Shown: positions 8,691-17,927 of the stretch, piece after piece
Numbering within the stretch: position 1 is the stretch's first letter
Layout of the letters: each line of letters opens with the position of its first letter
NCBI GenBank assembly: GCA_964619695.1
Contig: CAZUFK010000001.1
Span: 20,587 to 84,586 of the forward strand
Source of the DNA: an uncultured Candidatus Bathyarchaeia archaeon
Lineage (GTDB): Archaea; Thermoproteota; Bathyarchaeia; Bathyarchaeales; Bathycorpusculaceae
Reading direction: 5' to 3'
Length of the DNA stretch: 64,000 nt
Made by a program: the position numbers and the translations under genes
Notes under the pieces: generated by a model
Told to the model about the DNA's origin: nothing
Database searches by the model: none
Seen by the model: only the letters and a program-made list of their open reading frames with translations

Positions 8691-9748
8691 ACGCCATCGC
8701 CGAACTCAGAAACGTCACCAAAACCTACGGCACACTGACTGCCCTGGACAACGTGAGCCTGCAAGTGGACTCCGGAGAGATGCTAGGCCTGCTTGGACCC
8801 AACGGTTCCGGTAAGACCACGCTACTAAGAATACTAGCCTTCATCCAGCAACCTACGAAAGGCGAAGTCTACTCCCAAGGCACTAAAGTGACAAGCGCGA
8901 ACATTGAGCAGATGCGAATGGAAAGCACAATGGTCTTCCAGAAAACCGTGCTCTTCAACTCCACAGTCCACAGCAACGTTGCCTACGGCCTGAGAACAAG
9001 GAAAACGCAGAAGGAAAAGATCGACGCGGAAGTGCAGAAAGCACTGAGGCTCGTGGGGCTTGAAGGCTTCGAGAAAAGGCACGCGAAAAAGCTTTCGGGT
9101 GGCGAACAGCAGAGAGTGGCGCTCGCAAGAGCGCTGGCCTTGAACACGCCGTTGCTCCTGCTCGATGAGCCAACTGCCAACCTCGACCCGAAAAACGCCT
9201 CAATCGTCGAGGAAGCAATCGCTACTGCAAACCGCGAACTCAAAACCACGGTAGTAATGGCCACGCACAACATGCTTCAGGCAAGAAAACTGCCCACGCG
9301 CATAGCGCTAGTGGAAAACGGAAAGATAACAGAAACTGGGAAGGCAGCAGAGGTCTTCAACAGGCTTTCCAAGACACTAGCAAGCTTCGCGGCTGTAGAC
9401 AACATTTTCGCAGGCTCCGCAGAAACCACGGAAGGCGGAACCACGCTCGTCAACGTTGGAAACGGCGTACAGTTTGAGGCAACAGGCCAGCACAGCGGCA
9501 AAGTCTCAGCCTTCATCAGCCCAGAAGACATAATACTGTCCAAAAGCCGATTCGCCTCCAGCGCCAGAAACACCTTCAAAGGTAAAATCATCGAAATCCT
9601 TGACTCCGATTCAGTGGTCAGGCTCAAGGTTGATGTTGGAAAGCCTATTACGGTTCAGATAACCAAACGATCCTTCAGTGAGATGGAACTGAACCTGAAC
9701 GCTGACGTGTTCCTCGCGTTCAAAGCCTCGAGCGTGCAGATCATCTAG
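8687..9748 (+). CDS. tupC: ABC transporter ATP-binding protein with C-terminal TOBE domain
   Basis: Walker A GPNGSGKTT, signature LSGGEQQRV, Walker B LLLLDEP; 4-nt overlap with tupB. Confidence 0.85.
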   Translation: MNAIAELRNVTKTYGTLTALDNVSLQVDSGEMLGLLGPNGSGKTTLLRILAFIQQPTKGEVYSQGTKVTSANIEQMRMESTMVFQKTVLFNSTVHSNVAYGLRTRKTQKEKIDAEVQKALRLVGLEGFEKRHAKKLSGGEQQRVALARALALNTPLLLLDEPTANLDPKNASIVEEAIATANRELKTTVVMATHNMLQARKLPTRIALVENGKITETGKAAEVFNRLSKTLASFAAVDNIFAGSAETTEGGTTLVNVGNGVQFEATGQHSGKVSAFISPEDIILSKSRFASSARNTFKGKIIEILDSDSVVRLKVDVGKPITVQITKRSFSEMELNLNADVFLAFKASSVQII

Positions 9749-10035
9749 AACCTGTCGCAGACATCCTGAACCTTCGCCAAAAGGGCGGCTGCATTGTCTC
9801 GTATTTTGTAGCGGATCGCAAGCTGGCCACGTTCGGTGAGCGAAGGCACCTTCTCGACGATCTCTGCTTTTAGAAGCACACGCAAGTGCTTTTCGATAGT
9901 GGATCGGTGTCTGTCCAGCTTCTTCGCGATGTCGCCTGGATTGGCGACTCCCTTCTGGATGCAATCCAGAATCTGCAGACGCGACCTGTCGGCCAGCGCC
10001 TTCAAAAGCCTCTCCGTCTTCTCGTAACCGTCCAT
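9745..10035 (-). CDS. ArsR family transcriptional regulator
   Basis: ..LADRSRLQILDCIQKGVANPGDIAKKLDRHRSTIEKHLRVL.. is an ArsR/SmtB-type wHTH. Confidence 0.75.
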   Translation of the reverse strand: MDGYEKTERLLKALADRSRLQILDCIQKGVANPGDIAKKLDRHRSTIEKHLRVLLKAEIVEKVPSLTERGQLAIRYKIRDNAAALLAKVQDVCDRF

Positions 10036-10163
10036 CGCAACGCCTCTGGACTGTGAGTGTTTTACCTTTCAGCAAATAAACTTACCCCCCAGCAAAAGAA
10101 ATCACCCCACGGAAACTAATTTCACCGGAGGCTTCGGAAACCATTATCTCTCCTAGACCCCAT

Positions 10164-11210
10164 ATGCGTACGCATAGGAGATGCTTCATGTACAGGCCAG
10201 TCGTCAGAGGCACGTACCACGAGATGGGCCTCAACTATGGCACGATTCTCTACAAGCACGGATTCAGGCTGGACAAACAGACGCCCGAAAAGCTTGAATT
10301 CGGAAGAAAAGGCGAAAAAGAGGTCAAACGCGTCTTCCCAGAAATCCTAGAGGAGATCGAGGGCTTCTCTGAGGCTGTTCACGCCTCCTACGAGCAGGCT
10401 TCATCGTTCATGTTCGGCATAGGCGCCTTCAAGGTCAAACCGCAGTGCAGCGCCTTCGCCGCGCTCACAGGCTCCGACGTCATTTTCGGACGCAACTACG
10501 ACTTCTACGACAGCTTCAAGAAGTACACCGAAAGCTACTTGACCTGCCCGATGAAGGCCTACTGGAGCCTTGGCCACAGTGACGTATTCATCGGACGCGA
10601 AGACGGCGTCAACGAAAAAGGCCTAGCCATAGCCATGACAGGCGTGTCAGAGAAGACGATAAAGCCAGGCCTCAGCTTCTGCCTCCTAGTGCGCGCAGCC
10701 TTAGACAAGTGCGCCACAACCGAAGAAGCCGTAGGGCTTCTATCAGACGCCCACATTTGCTCGGCAGACAACTTCCTTGTCGCCGACAGAGAAGGCAACG
10801 TGGCAGTCGTCGAAGCATCGCCAGACAGAACAAGAGTCCGCAAGTCTGAAAAAGACGAAGGCTTCATCGTGTGCACAAACCACTTCGTGCTTCCCGAAAT
10901 GCAGGACATGGAGGACTTGACGCACAGAGAGAAATCCAACTGGGATACGATTCCTCGATACGAAACCATCACGGGCATGCTCAAAGAACGCAAAGGCAAG
11001 ATCGACGCACAATACGCGCAGAAGATCCTGTCAAACCACAGCGGCTATGTGTGCTCGCACCAGAAGAAGATCAAGCTCAGCACATTGTGGTCCATCATCG
11101 CGACTCTCAAAGAGCCTCAGATATTCAGGGCCGAAGGAACTCCGTGCAGATCGAAGTACAAACAGGATCTCAGGTTGAACAAGGCACTTCAAAGACGAAA
11201 AACACCGTAG
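10164..11210 (+). CDS. C45-family Ntn-hydrolase (acyl-CoA:6-APA acyltransferase / choloylglycine hydrolase-like)
   Basis: Ntn-hydrolase core (..QCSAFAALTGSDVIFGRNYDF.., ..ADNFLVADREGNVAVVE..); true start uncertain. Confidence 0.6.
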   Translation: MRTHRRCFMYRPVVRGTYHEMGLNYGTILYKHGFRLDKQTPEKLEFGRKGEKEVKRVFPEILEEIEGFSEAVHASYEQASSFMFGIGAFKVKPQCSAFAALTGSDVIFGRNYDFYDSFKKYTESYLTCPMKAYWSLGHSDVFIGREDGVNEKGLAIAMTGVSEKTIKPGLSFCLLVRAALDKCATTEEAVGLLSDAHICSADNFLVADREGNVAVVEASPDRTRVRKSEKDEGFIVCTNHFVLPEMQDMEDLTHREKSNWDTIPRYETITGMLKERKGKIDAQYAQKILSNHSGYVCSHQKKIKLSTLWSIIATLKEPQIFRAEGTPCRSKYKQDLRLNKALQRRKTP

Positions 11211-11213
11211 CCC

Positions 11214-11438
11214 TCAAGGCTTCGATGCTCTTTCCGACGTTAGTTCATAAAGGATTACGATAGCCTCGCCTAGAGCCATGTTGAGCCTTGCAGCCAGTTC
11301 GGAGGCGGTGATTTCGGGTTTTTCAGGCAGGATCACGTCTCTAATGTAGGCCTTGTGGCTTGGGTACAGGACGAGGGCATGCACTACGTCCACGAGTACG
11401 AGCCACAGTTTCTCCTTCCTGAATTCATCAAGGCTCAT
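11214..11438 (-). CDS. Small hypothetical protein (74 aa)
   Basis: ORF only. Confidence 0.3.
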   Translation of the reverse strand: MSLDEFRKEKLWLVLVDVVHALVLYPSHKAYIRDVILPEKPEITASELAARLNMALGEAIVILYELTSERASKP

Positions 11439-11475
11439 AGCGCATCTGCATTATGCTATGCATACGGTGACATAT

Positions 11476-12036
11476 TCAGTTTGCTTTTCTGCGACTCTCG
11501 CTGTTCCATTCCTGTTCAAGCATGGCGTAGATAAGCGAGTCCTTCCACTGGCCCTTTACGCATTTGAACTCTCGAAGATGCCCTTCGCGTTTCATGCCTG
11601 CCTTTTCCAGAACGCGAGCCGAAGCGACGTTAGCAGAGTCGCAGGTCGCAAAAACCCGATGAAGACGCAGATGCTCAAACCCAAACTTGAGCAACGCCCG
11701 CGTTGCTTCAGTGGCGTAGCCTTTGTTCCAGAAACTGCGTTTCAGACAGTAGCCGATCCAGCCCTCCTTGTTCTTCGAGTTTGAAACGCGTATGGCGACG
11801 CCACCGATCAGACGGTTTTCCTTATCGAGCACGATGGCTATCGCGAAATCAGCGCGTGGCCGTTGCCTGCGTGAGGCTATTGCCCGCCGAATGAAGGCCA
11901 AATCATCTTCTCGGCTGTTAGGCCCTCAGTCCATGAAGCGGACAACTTCTGGATCAGAGGAGAATTCGTTCACGGCATCAACGTCAGCCTCCTTCAGTTC
12001 GCGGAGAACCAGACGTCTGCAGCGAATGACAACCAT
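11476..12036 (-). pseudogene. RimJ/RimL-type GNAT acetyltransferase interrupted by in-frame TGA at a conserved Trp codon
   Basis: A single frame reads MVVIRCRRLVLRELKEADVDAVNEFSSDPEVVRFMD-TGA-GPNSREDDLAFIRRA.. The stop (11926-11928) sits where this family has the conserved W of the ..YMxW GPN.. motif. The downstream ORF 11476-11901 carries the acetyl-CoA motifs. Confidence 0.6.
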
Positions 12037-12173
12037 CAAATACGCCTCACAGAGCAAATCTCAACAAACCTGCGCGCATAAAGTTGTCGAACCGCCCAAG
12101 CGTGGTTCACCACAAAGCATATTTCACTGGTGAAGCGAGTTTAGGCTTCAAGCCAACACGAGGACGAAAGGAC

Positions 12174-12896
12174 ATGACAATCAAAGCGGTGATCTTTGAT
12201 CTTGACGGCACGATAGCGGCGTTCAACTTGGACTATCGAAACGTCAGGGTTGAGGTCAGAAGCTCCCTAATAACCGAAGGAATCCCGCCTTCAGTACTGT
12301 CCGTGAACGAAAGCATATTTGAAATGCTCAGGAAAGCCGAGATATTTCTGAAGAACAGCGGCAAATCCGAGGGCACGTTCAAAAAAGTCCGTGAGAAAGC
12401 CTTGGCAATCGCGGAAAAGCACGAATTTGAGGCAGCGAAGAGCACGAGGCTGCTTCCAGGTGTCTTGGAAATGCTGAAGGCACTGAGGAAGATGAAGCTG
12501 AAGATTGGCCTATGCACCATTAACAGCCACAAATCCACCGAACACATACTCGAACGCTTCAGAATCAAAGAATACTTCGACGCAGTCACACCAAGAGACA
12601 AGGTGAAGAACGTCAAACCTAACGCGGAACACCTTCAAGCTGCTCTGAAAGCGTTGAAAGTCAAGCCCAGAGAGGCTGTCCTTGTGGGAGACGGAATCAC
12701 TGACATGCGCTGCGCACAGGAACTGGGCGTCTTAGCCGTCGGCCTGCCCAATGGAGCCTCACTGCAACAGGAGCTGGTAGGCAGCGGAGCAAACTACATA
12801 ATAACAAATACGGCAGACCTGCCCACGCTGATACAGGACGTAAACACGGCAACAAAGAAAGAACGGAGCAGGAAGGAAAGCTCTAAACCGGCTTGA
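12174..12896 (+). CDS. HAD-superfamily hydrolase (phosphatase-like)
   Basis: Motif I VIFDLDGTI at N-terminus; motif III/IV (..VLVGDGITDM..). Confidence 0.8.
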   Translation: MTIKAVIFDLDGTIAAFNLDYRNVRVEVRSSLITEGIPPSVLSVNESIFEMLRKAEIFLKNSGKSEGTFKKVREKALAIAEKHEFEAAKSTRLLPGVLEMLKALRKMKLKIGLCTINSHKSTEHILERFRIKEYFDAVTPRDKVKNVKPNAEHLQAALKALKVKPREAVLVGDGITDMRCAQELGVLAVGLPNGASLQQELVGSGANYIITNTADLPTLIQDVNTATKKERSRKESSKPA

Positions 12897-13284
12897 AGTG
12901 GTATCGTGGCCATTGTGGCCATTGCGTGGTTGGCTGGCAGGCTTCAAACTCTAGCGTCAGCGGCATGTCGATTTTTATCCTGTCAAGTGCCGCGTCTTTT
13001 ATCATGCCGGGCAGTCTGAGGCCCTTTTCCAGTTCGACTATGCCTACGGCGTAGGGCGCCATCTGCTGAAACTGCGCGGGAGCCACGTAGATGATCGTGT
13101 ACGTTAGAAGCTTTCCTTTCGACGGGATTTCCACCCATTCGAAGTCTTTTGAGAGGCAGTTGTCGCACAGCGGCCTTGGCGGGAACTGGATTCTTCCGCA
13201 TTTCCTGCACTTACCGCCAAGCATTTTTCCTTGGCTTGCGTGTTTGCAGAACTGTTCTATCGTGAATGGTGGTTGTTCAGTCAT
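12883..13284 (-). CDS. DUF35-type Zn-ribbon/OB-fold protein (thiolase-associated)
   Basis: CRKCG..CDNC zinc ribbon followed by an OB-fold; 3-nt gap to the upstream thiolase. Confidence 0.75.
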   Translation of the reverse strand: MTEQPPFTIEQFCKHASQGKMLGGKCRKCGRIQFPPRPLCDNCLSKDFEWVEIPSKGKLLTYTIIYVAPAQFQQMAPYAVGIVELEKGLRLPGMIKDAALDRIKIDMPLTLEFEACQPTTQWPQWPRYHFKPV

Positions 13285-13286
13285 GT

Positions 13287-14459
13287 TTAGGACCTTCTGT
13301 AGATGTGCACGACCGCAGTCGCGCCAGAACCGCCCAGATTGTGCGTTAAGCCTATTTCGGCGTCTTTGACCTGCCGCTTGTCGGCTTGGCCTGTGAGCTG
13401 CAGGTACATCTCGTAGGCTTGCGCCGTGCCTGTCGCGCCGACTGGGTGGCCTTTCGACTTGAGGCCGCCGCTCGTGTTCACGGGGATTCTTCCGCCCAGC
13501 TTCGTTTCGCCTGCCTCGACGAGTTCCCTAGCTTCGCCAGGCTTGCAGAAACCCAAATCCTCGTAAGCGATCAGTTCGGCAATTGTGAAGCAGTCGTGAA
13601 CCTCGGCAAGGTCGATATCGCTGGGCTTTGCGTCTGCCATTTCGTAGGCCTGTTTTGAGGCGATTTTGGCGGCGGCCAGCGACGTGAAGCTTTTCCGCTG
13701 GTATAAGCCTATTGTGTCGCTTGCCTGTCCGCTTCCGATAATATGCACAGGGTTGTCCGTGTATTTCTTGGCCAATTCGGGTTTGGTGAGTATGAGGCAG
13801 CTTGCGCCGTCCGTGATCAGCGAGCAGTCGTACAGTTTGAGCGGCCACGCTACAACCTTTGAGCCTAGGGCGTTTTCGAGCGTTATCTCCTTCTGCATCT
13901 GCGCCTTCGGGTTCATGCTGCCGTGGTAATGGTTCTTCACGGCTATCATCGCCAAGTCCTTCTCAGTCGTGCCATAATCATGCATGTGCCTCGTGGCCAT
14001 CAGTGCGAAAAGCCCTGGAAACGTTATGCCGTTCCACTGTTCAAACGGAAAATCAGAAGCCATCGCAAGATACTCAGTCACCTCAGCCGTGCTCCGGTGC
14101 GTCATCTTCTCAACCCCGCCCACCATCACAACATCGCACAGGCCAGAAAGCACCGCCTGAACCCCCGCCCGTAAAGCCGCACCAGAAGAGGCGCACGCCG
14201 CCTCAGTTCGCGTGGCAGGCACATGCAACAAGCCAGCCCAATCAGCCAACGTGGCCCCTGTGTGACCCTGATGCTCATAGGACTCGCCCATGTGACCCAC
14301 GAACAGGGCCTTAATGTCCTTCTTCGGCTCAAGCCTTGGACAGCGATCATAAGCCTCCTTGGCAGCCTGAGCAAAGATTTCACGAGCATACAAGCCATCA
14401 AGCTTACCGAACTTCGACAATCCTGCCGAGACAATCGAAACGAGCGGCTTTCCCTTCAA
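13287..14459 (-). CDS. Thiolase (acetyl-CoA C-acyltransferase, SCP-x-like archaeal type)
   Basis: Thiolase fold with nucleophile region ..TEAACASSGAALRAG..; 390 aa. Confidence 0.85.
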   Translation of the reverse strand: MKGKPLVSIVSAGLSKFGKLDGLYAREIFAQAAKEAYDRCPRLEPKKDIKALFVGHMGESYEHQGHTGATLADWAGLLHVPATRTEAACASSGAALRAGVQAVLSGLCDVVMVGGVEKMTHRSTAEVTEYLAMASDFPFEQWNGITFPGLFALMATRHMHDYGTTEKDLAMIAVKNHYHGSMNPKAQMQKEITLENALGSKVVAWPLKLYDCSLITDGASCLILTKPELAKKYTDNPVHIIGSGQASDTIGLYQRKSFTSLAAAKIASKQAYEMADAKPSDIDLAEVHDCFTIAELIAYEDLGFCKPGEARELVEAGETKLGGRIPVNTSGGLKSKGHPVGATGTAQAYEMYLQLTGQADKRQVKDAEIGLTHNLGGSGATAVVHIYRRS

Positions 14460-14613
14460 GGTTAGTGTCCCCTTGTTTTTGACATATCGGTGCAGAAAAT
14501 TGAGATGTGTTTGAAGAAGTATTTAAGTCTCTTCGGCCAAGCTCGAACGTTCTTTTGATCTAGCAAGATATGAGGAAACGTCAAAAAAGAGGGTGTGGGT
14601 TGTGTTAAGCCGA

Positions 14614-15306
14614 TTAGGTGACTGCTTTGCCGTAGGTCTTTTTGACCCAAGCGCGTGTCCTTTCCATGTCTTCTCTGAAGCGTTTCAGCTCTTCAGGTGT
14701 TCTTCTTGGCGGCACTGGTTCTTCTGCTGGGGTTGCGCATACGTCGAGTAGGTCGCCTTTTGGCTGTTTGCTGACGTTGATGTTGACTTTGAGGCCTATG
14801 TTGACTTTTTCTGGGTCGATGTCTCTCATGGTCATGGGCAAGCATGTGTTAGTGCCGTCTATGCGTACCATTGCGCCTACAAGCGGCTGTAGGTGCGCCA
14901 TTGAAGGCCACGCGATAACCATTATCGTGTAGGAGTGAACCTCGCCCTTCTTGGGAAGCTCCACCCACTTGGTTTCAGCCAGCCTGCACTTGGGGTTAAA
15001 GCAGTGCGCACGCGGAGGACAGTATACGAGTCCGCACTTGGGGCATTTCGTGCCGTACAGTTTGCCTTCAAGCAAACCCATGAAGAACTGTGAGACCTTG
15101 CCGTAGCTGTGATGGAACACGCTACCGTGTGGCCTGTGAACGACGAGGAACTTCTCAGGCTTCAGGCTGTTCAGCGTTGGGCCGTCGTTCATCTCGATTA
15201 TCTTCCAGCCCTCAGGAGTCCAGCCGCCCTTGCGCTCCCAGTCCTTCCACCACTTCTCGTCAATCTTTTTCTCTTTGATGATTTTCTCTGGTCCAGGTTG
15301 CTTCAT
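14614..15306 (-). CDS. DUF35-type Zn-ribbon/OB-fold protein, long form with N-terminal extension
   Basis: CPKCG..CFNPKC ribbon + OB-fold. The start at ATG 15306 (MKQPGPEK..) avoids overlap with the upstream thiolase-like gene, whereas the ORF-track start at 15522 would overlap it. Confidence 0.65.
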   Translation of the reverse strand: MKQPGPEKIIKEKKIDEKWWKDWERKGGWTPEGWKIIEMNDGPTLNSLKPEKFLVVHRPHGSVFHHSYGKVSQFFMGLLEGKLYGTKCPKCGLVYCPPRAHCFNPKCRLAETKWVELPKKGEVHSYTIMVIAWPSMAHLQPLVGAMVRIDGTNTCLPMTMRDIDPEKVNIGLKVNINVSKQPKGDLLDVCATPAEEPVPPRRTPEELKRFREDMERTRAWVKKTYGKAVT

Positions 15307-15311
15307 GCTTC

Positions 15312-16607
15312 TTACACCTCCAAGACTACGGCGCCTGCTTGACATCCGGTTCCGCCGTGGCCATGTATGAACGCTTTCTTCGGCTTGCTCAGTTGTCTGC
15401 CCGGTGCGCCCCACTTCTTTCCGACCTGGTTGCTTAGCTGCCAGTAGCTGTCGACGACTTGTGCGATTGATGTTGAGCCTACTGCATGCCCTTGCGCTGT
15501 CAATGCGCCGCTCAACTGGCATGGAAGCTCTCCTTCACGCGAGATCACACCATCCCTGAGCAGGTTTTTGCCCTCGCCTCGCTTGCATAGGTCAAAGTCT
15601 TCAAGCGCAGACAAGACGACGCCTGCGTACGGGTCGAAGATCTCCACGAAGCTGATTTCCTTCCGCGGGTCCTTGATGCCAGCGTCCTTGTAGGCCATTC
15701 TTGCCGAAACACGCAATGAGCCAAAGTTGCATAGGTCTGGGTAGGGTGACATCGGTTTCGGTACGTTCTTCGGCCATATCTTCTCGTCCTCAGGGTAAAG
15801 GCCCTTCCATGCGGGGTTGTCAGGACGGTCTCCAGCCCTCATAGTGTCCGTTCCGAAGCCTACGCCAGTGATCCAGATGGGATTGTCAGCGAGTTTCTGG
15901 GTCAGTTCCTCGTTTGCCAGCAGCAGGGCAGAGGCGCCTTCGCTCGTCATGGCACATTCATACTGCCTGTAAGGCCACGAAATCAAACGGCTCTTGTACA
16001 CGTCTTCAACCGTTATCTTGCCGAACCCATGTTGCGCTGGCCATTGTGCGTAGGGATTTTCAAGCGAGTTATTGTGATTCAAGACAGAAACTTCTGCCAA
16101 GTCTTCTTCGGTGTCTCCGTAAACATGCATCCTTCGAGCTTCCATCGTAGCATAGAAAGCATTGTACGTGAAGCCTGATACGAAGTCCCAGTCCGTGTCG
16201 CCTGCGATGGCAATAGCCTCGTTGACCTTTTGGATGGGCAGCTCGTTCATCTTCTCCCATCCGACCACGAGGACGGCGGGAAACATGCCCGAGCGAACCC
16301 AAAGCGCAGCGTTTATGACCGCGTCAATCGGCGTGGCTCCGCCTGACTCAACACGGTAGGCAGGCACCGCGCTCAAGCCCAAGTAGTCGTGGATAATCCA
16401 GTGCATGCACTGTTGCTGCTCAAGTATGTCGCTGAAATACGAGTAGCAGCACGCGTAGCCTTTCTTTATGAAATCTCCAAGCTCAAGGTCAGGCACGTCG
16501 TCCAATATCATTTTGACTGCTTCGGCACACATCTCTTCCTGCAAAGTATGTCTCGGATTGTCGAACCGCGATATGCTTCCTGCGACTATTCCGACTTTCT
16601 TTCCCAA
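15312..16607 (-). CDS. Thiolase-like protein apparently lacking the canonical nucleophilic Cys
   Basis: Thiolase-superfamily fold over 431 aa. At the expected Cys position the sequence reads ..RVESGGATPIDAV.. (alignment by eye). Confidence 0.65.
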   Translation of the reverse strand: MGKKVGIVAGSISRFDNPRHTLQEEMCAEAVKMILDDVPDLELGDFIKKGYACCYSYFSDILEQQQCMHWIIHDYLGLSAVPAYRVESGGATPIDAVINAALWVRSGMFPAVLVVGWEKMNELPIQKVNEAIAIAGDTDWDFVSGFTYNAFYATMEARRMHVYGDTEEDLAEVSVLNHNNSLENPYAQWPAQHGFGKITVEDVYKSRLISWPYRQYECAMTSEGASALLLANEELTQKLADNPIWITGVGFGTDTMRAGDRPDNPAWKGLYPEDEKIWPKNVPKPMSPYPDLCNFGSLRVSARMAYKDAGIKDPRKEISFVEIFDPYAGVVLSALEDFDLCKRGEGKNLLRDGVISREGELPCQLSGALTAQGHAVGSTSIAQVVDSYWQLSNQVGKKWGAPGRQLSKPKKAFIHGHGGTGCQAGAVVLEV

Positions 16608-16815
16608 TCTTCCACCTCATTTAAAAGATGTAATCAGTGAATTGGAACAGCTATAAGGTTTTTGCGGAGATAGCCACATATTGCGCCCATAGAGAAAACG
16701 GACTCAAACGCACGGTCTGACCTGACTCTAACCTTTTCCTCGGTTTCTACTGCGCACCGCACGCCTAGACCTCGCTGAGAATCCTTTTATAACATATGCT
16801 TTCACCTAATCAGGT

Positions 16816-17922
16816 ATGCAAATCCAGCAATTGGCAACCGCTTTGCCCGAGAACGAGTTCTCAACAGAGAGGCTTATGGGAATCTTTCCATGCAGTCTCC
16901 CCGAGGGCGTGAAGCAGAACGTCCTCAACTTGGGAGTTTCGAAACGCTACCTTATAGGTCATCCGGAAGCAGAGGGTCTGCTGAGCGAGAAAAGCCTGAC
17001 CGACCTCTGCCGCGAAGCCTGCGGCACAGCTTTGAAGAAGGCTGGTCTTGCGACAGCGAAGGTCGGTTGCCTCATCTCAGCTTACGATGTCAACCCGTTC
17101 CTAAGCCCTGGACTAAGCCAGCTTCTTGTGCCAACGCTGGGCCTTAGCCCTTATACGAAGCTGGTTAACGTTCAGGGGATAGCCAGCATTGCCTTCCCGA
17201 AGGCCTTGGAGCTGACTAGAAACCATCTTGCCGCCAACCTAGACGACACTGCACTTGTCTGCATTTCAGGAGTAAGCTCCTACTGGTTCCAGAATCAGGT
17301 ACGTGGCCTGAAAGACGTGATGGAAATAGGCAAGATCAACGCGATAGCCGACAGGGCGAGGAGGGAGTATGAGCTTAGAAAGTGGGTGGCCACTATGCAG
17401 TTCTTCCTCTTCGGCGACGGCGTGGCCGCCGCCGTAGCCACGAATGGCGACAATGGCCTCACGTTCGGCGAGGTTGCTGAAGTCACGAACGTGGGCGAGA
17501 AAGACTACATGGCAGGCTACTCGAGGCTCTCAGCCCTCAACGAACCTTTCAAGTTCGGCTTCTACTCACACCTAGACAAGGAGATCCCGAACCTCGGCGC
17601 CAAATACACCGCACTCGCCCTCGAAAGACTCCTCGGCAAGAACGCCGAAAAAACCATGAAGGCGACTAAGAAGTGGGCCGTCCACACAGGTAGCGAGAAG
17701 ATACTAAACGCACTGGCTGAGCGAAACGAAATTGACCGCGAGAAGCTTAAAGAGTCGCACGAGGTGCTGAGAGATTGCGGCAATTTGGCGGGTGCAAGCT
17801 TGCCGTTCATTCTTGACAGAATAGTCTCAGGAAATAGGCTTTCAGACGGCGACGTAGTTCTGATGTTGGGTTATGGGTGGGGTTTCTCGGCTTCAGCCTC
17901 GAAGCTGCAGTACAATGCGTAG
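16816..17922 (+). CDS. FabH / type III polyketide synthase-like condensing-enzyme family protein
   Basis: C-terminal His and Asn regions (..KKWAVHTGSEKIL.., ..RDCGNLAGASLPFILD..) fit the KAS III/CHS family. The active-site Cys position is unclear (..VQGIASIAF..). Divergent from the thiolase/DUF35 operon. Confidence 0.55.
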   Translation: MQIQQLATALPENEFSTERLMGIFPCSLPEGVKQNVLNLGVSKRYLIGHPEAEGLLSEKSLTDLCREACGTALKKAGLATAKVGCLISAYDVNPFLSPGLSQLLVPTLGLSPYTKLVNVQGIASIAFPKALELTRNHLAANLDDTALVCISGVSSYWFQNQVRGLKDVMEIGKINAIADRARREYELRKWVATMQFFLFGDGVAAAVATNGDNGLTFGEVAEVTNVGEKDYMAGYSRLSALNEPFKFGFYSHLDKEIPNLGAKYTALALERLLGKNAEKTMKATKKWAVHTGSEKILNALAERNEIDREKLKESHEVLRDCGNLAGASLPFILDRIVSGNRLSDGDVVLMLGYGWGFSASASKLQYNA

Positions 17923-17927
17923 CGGCT

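Noticed and set aside
11768-12133. 121-aa ORF on the plus strand over the GNAT pseudogene
   Set aside because: It is antisense to a region with clear GNAT homology and is serine/arginine-rich.
15307-15522. Longer N-terminus for the second DUF35 gene
   Set aside because: It would overlap 210 nt of the upstream thiolase-like gene. The ATG at 15306 sits 5 nt after that gene's stop.
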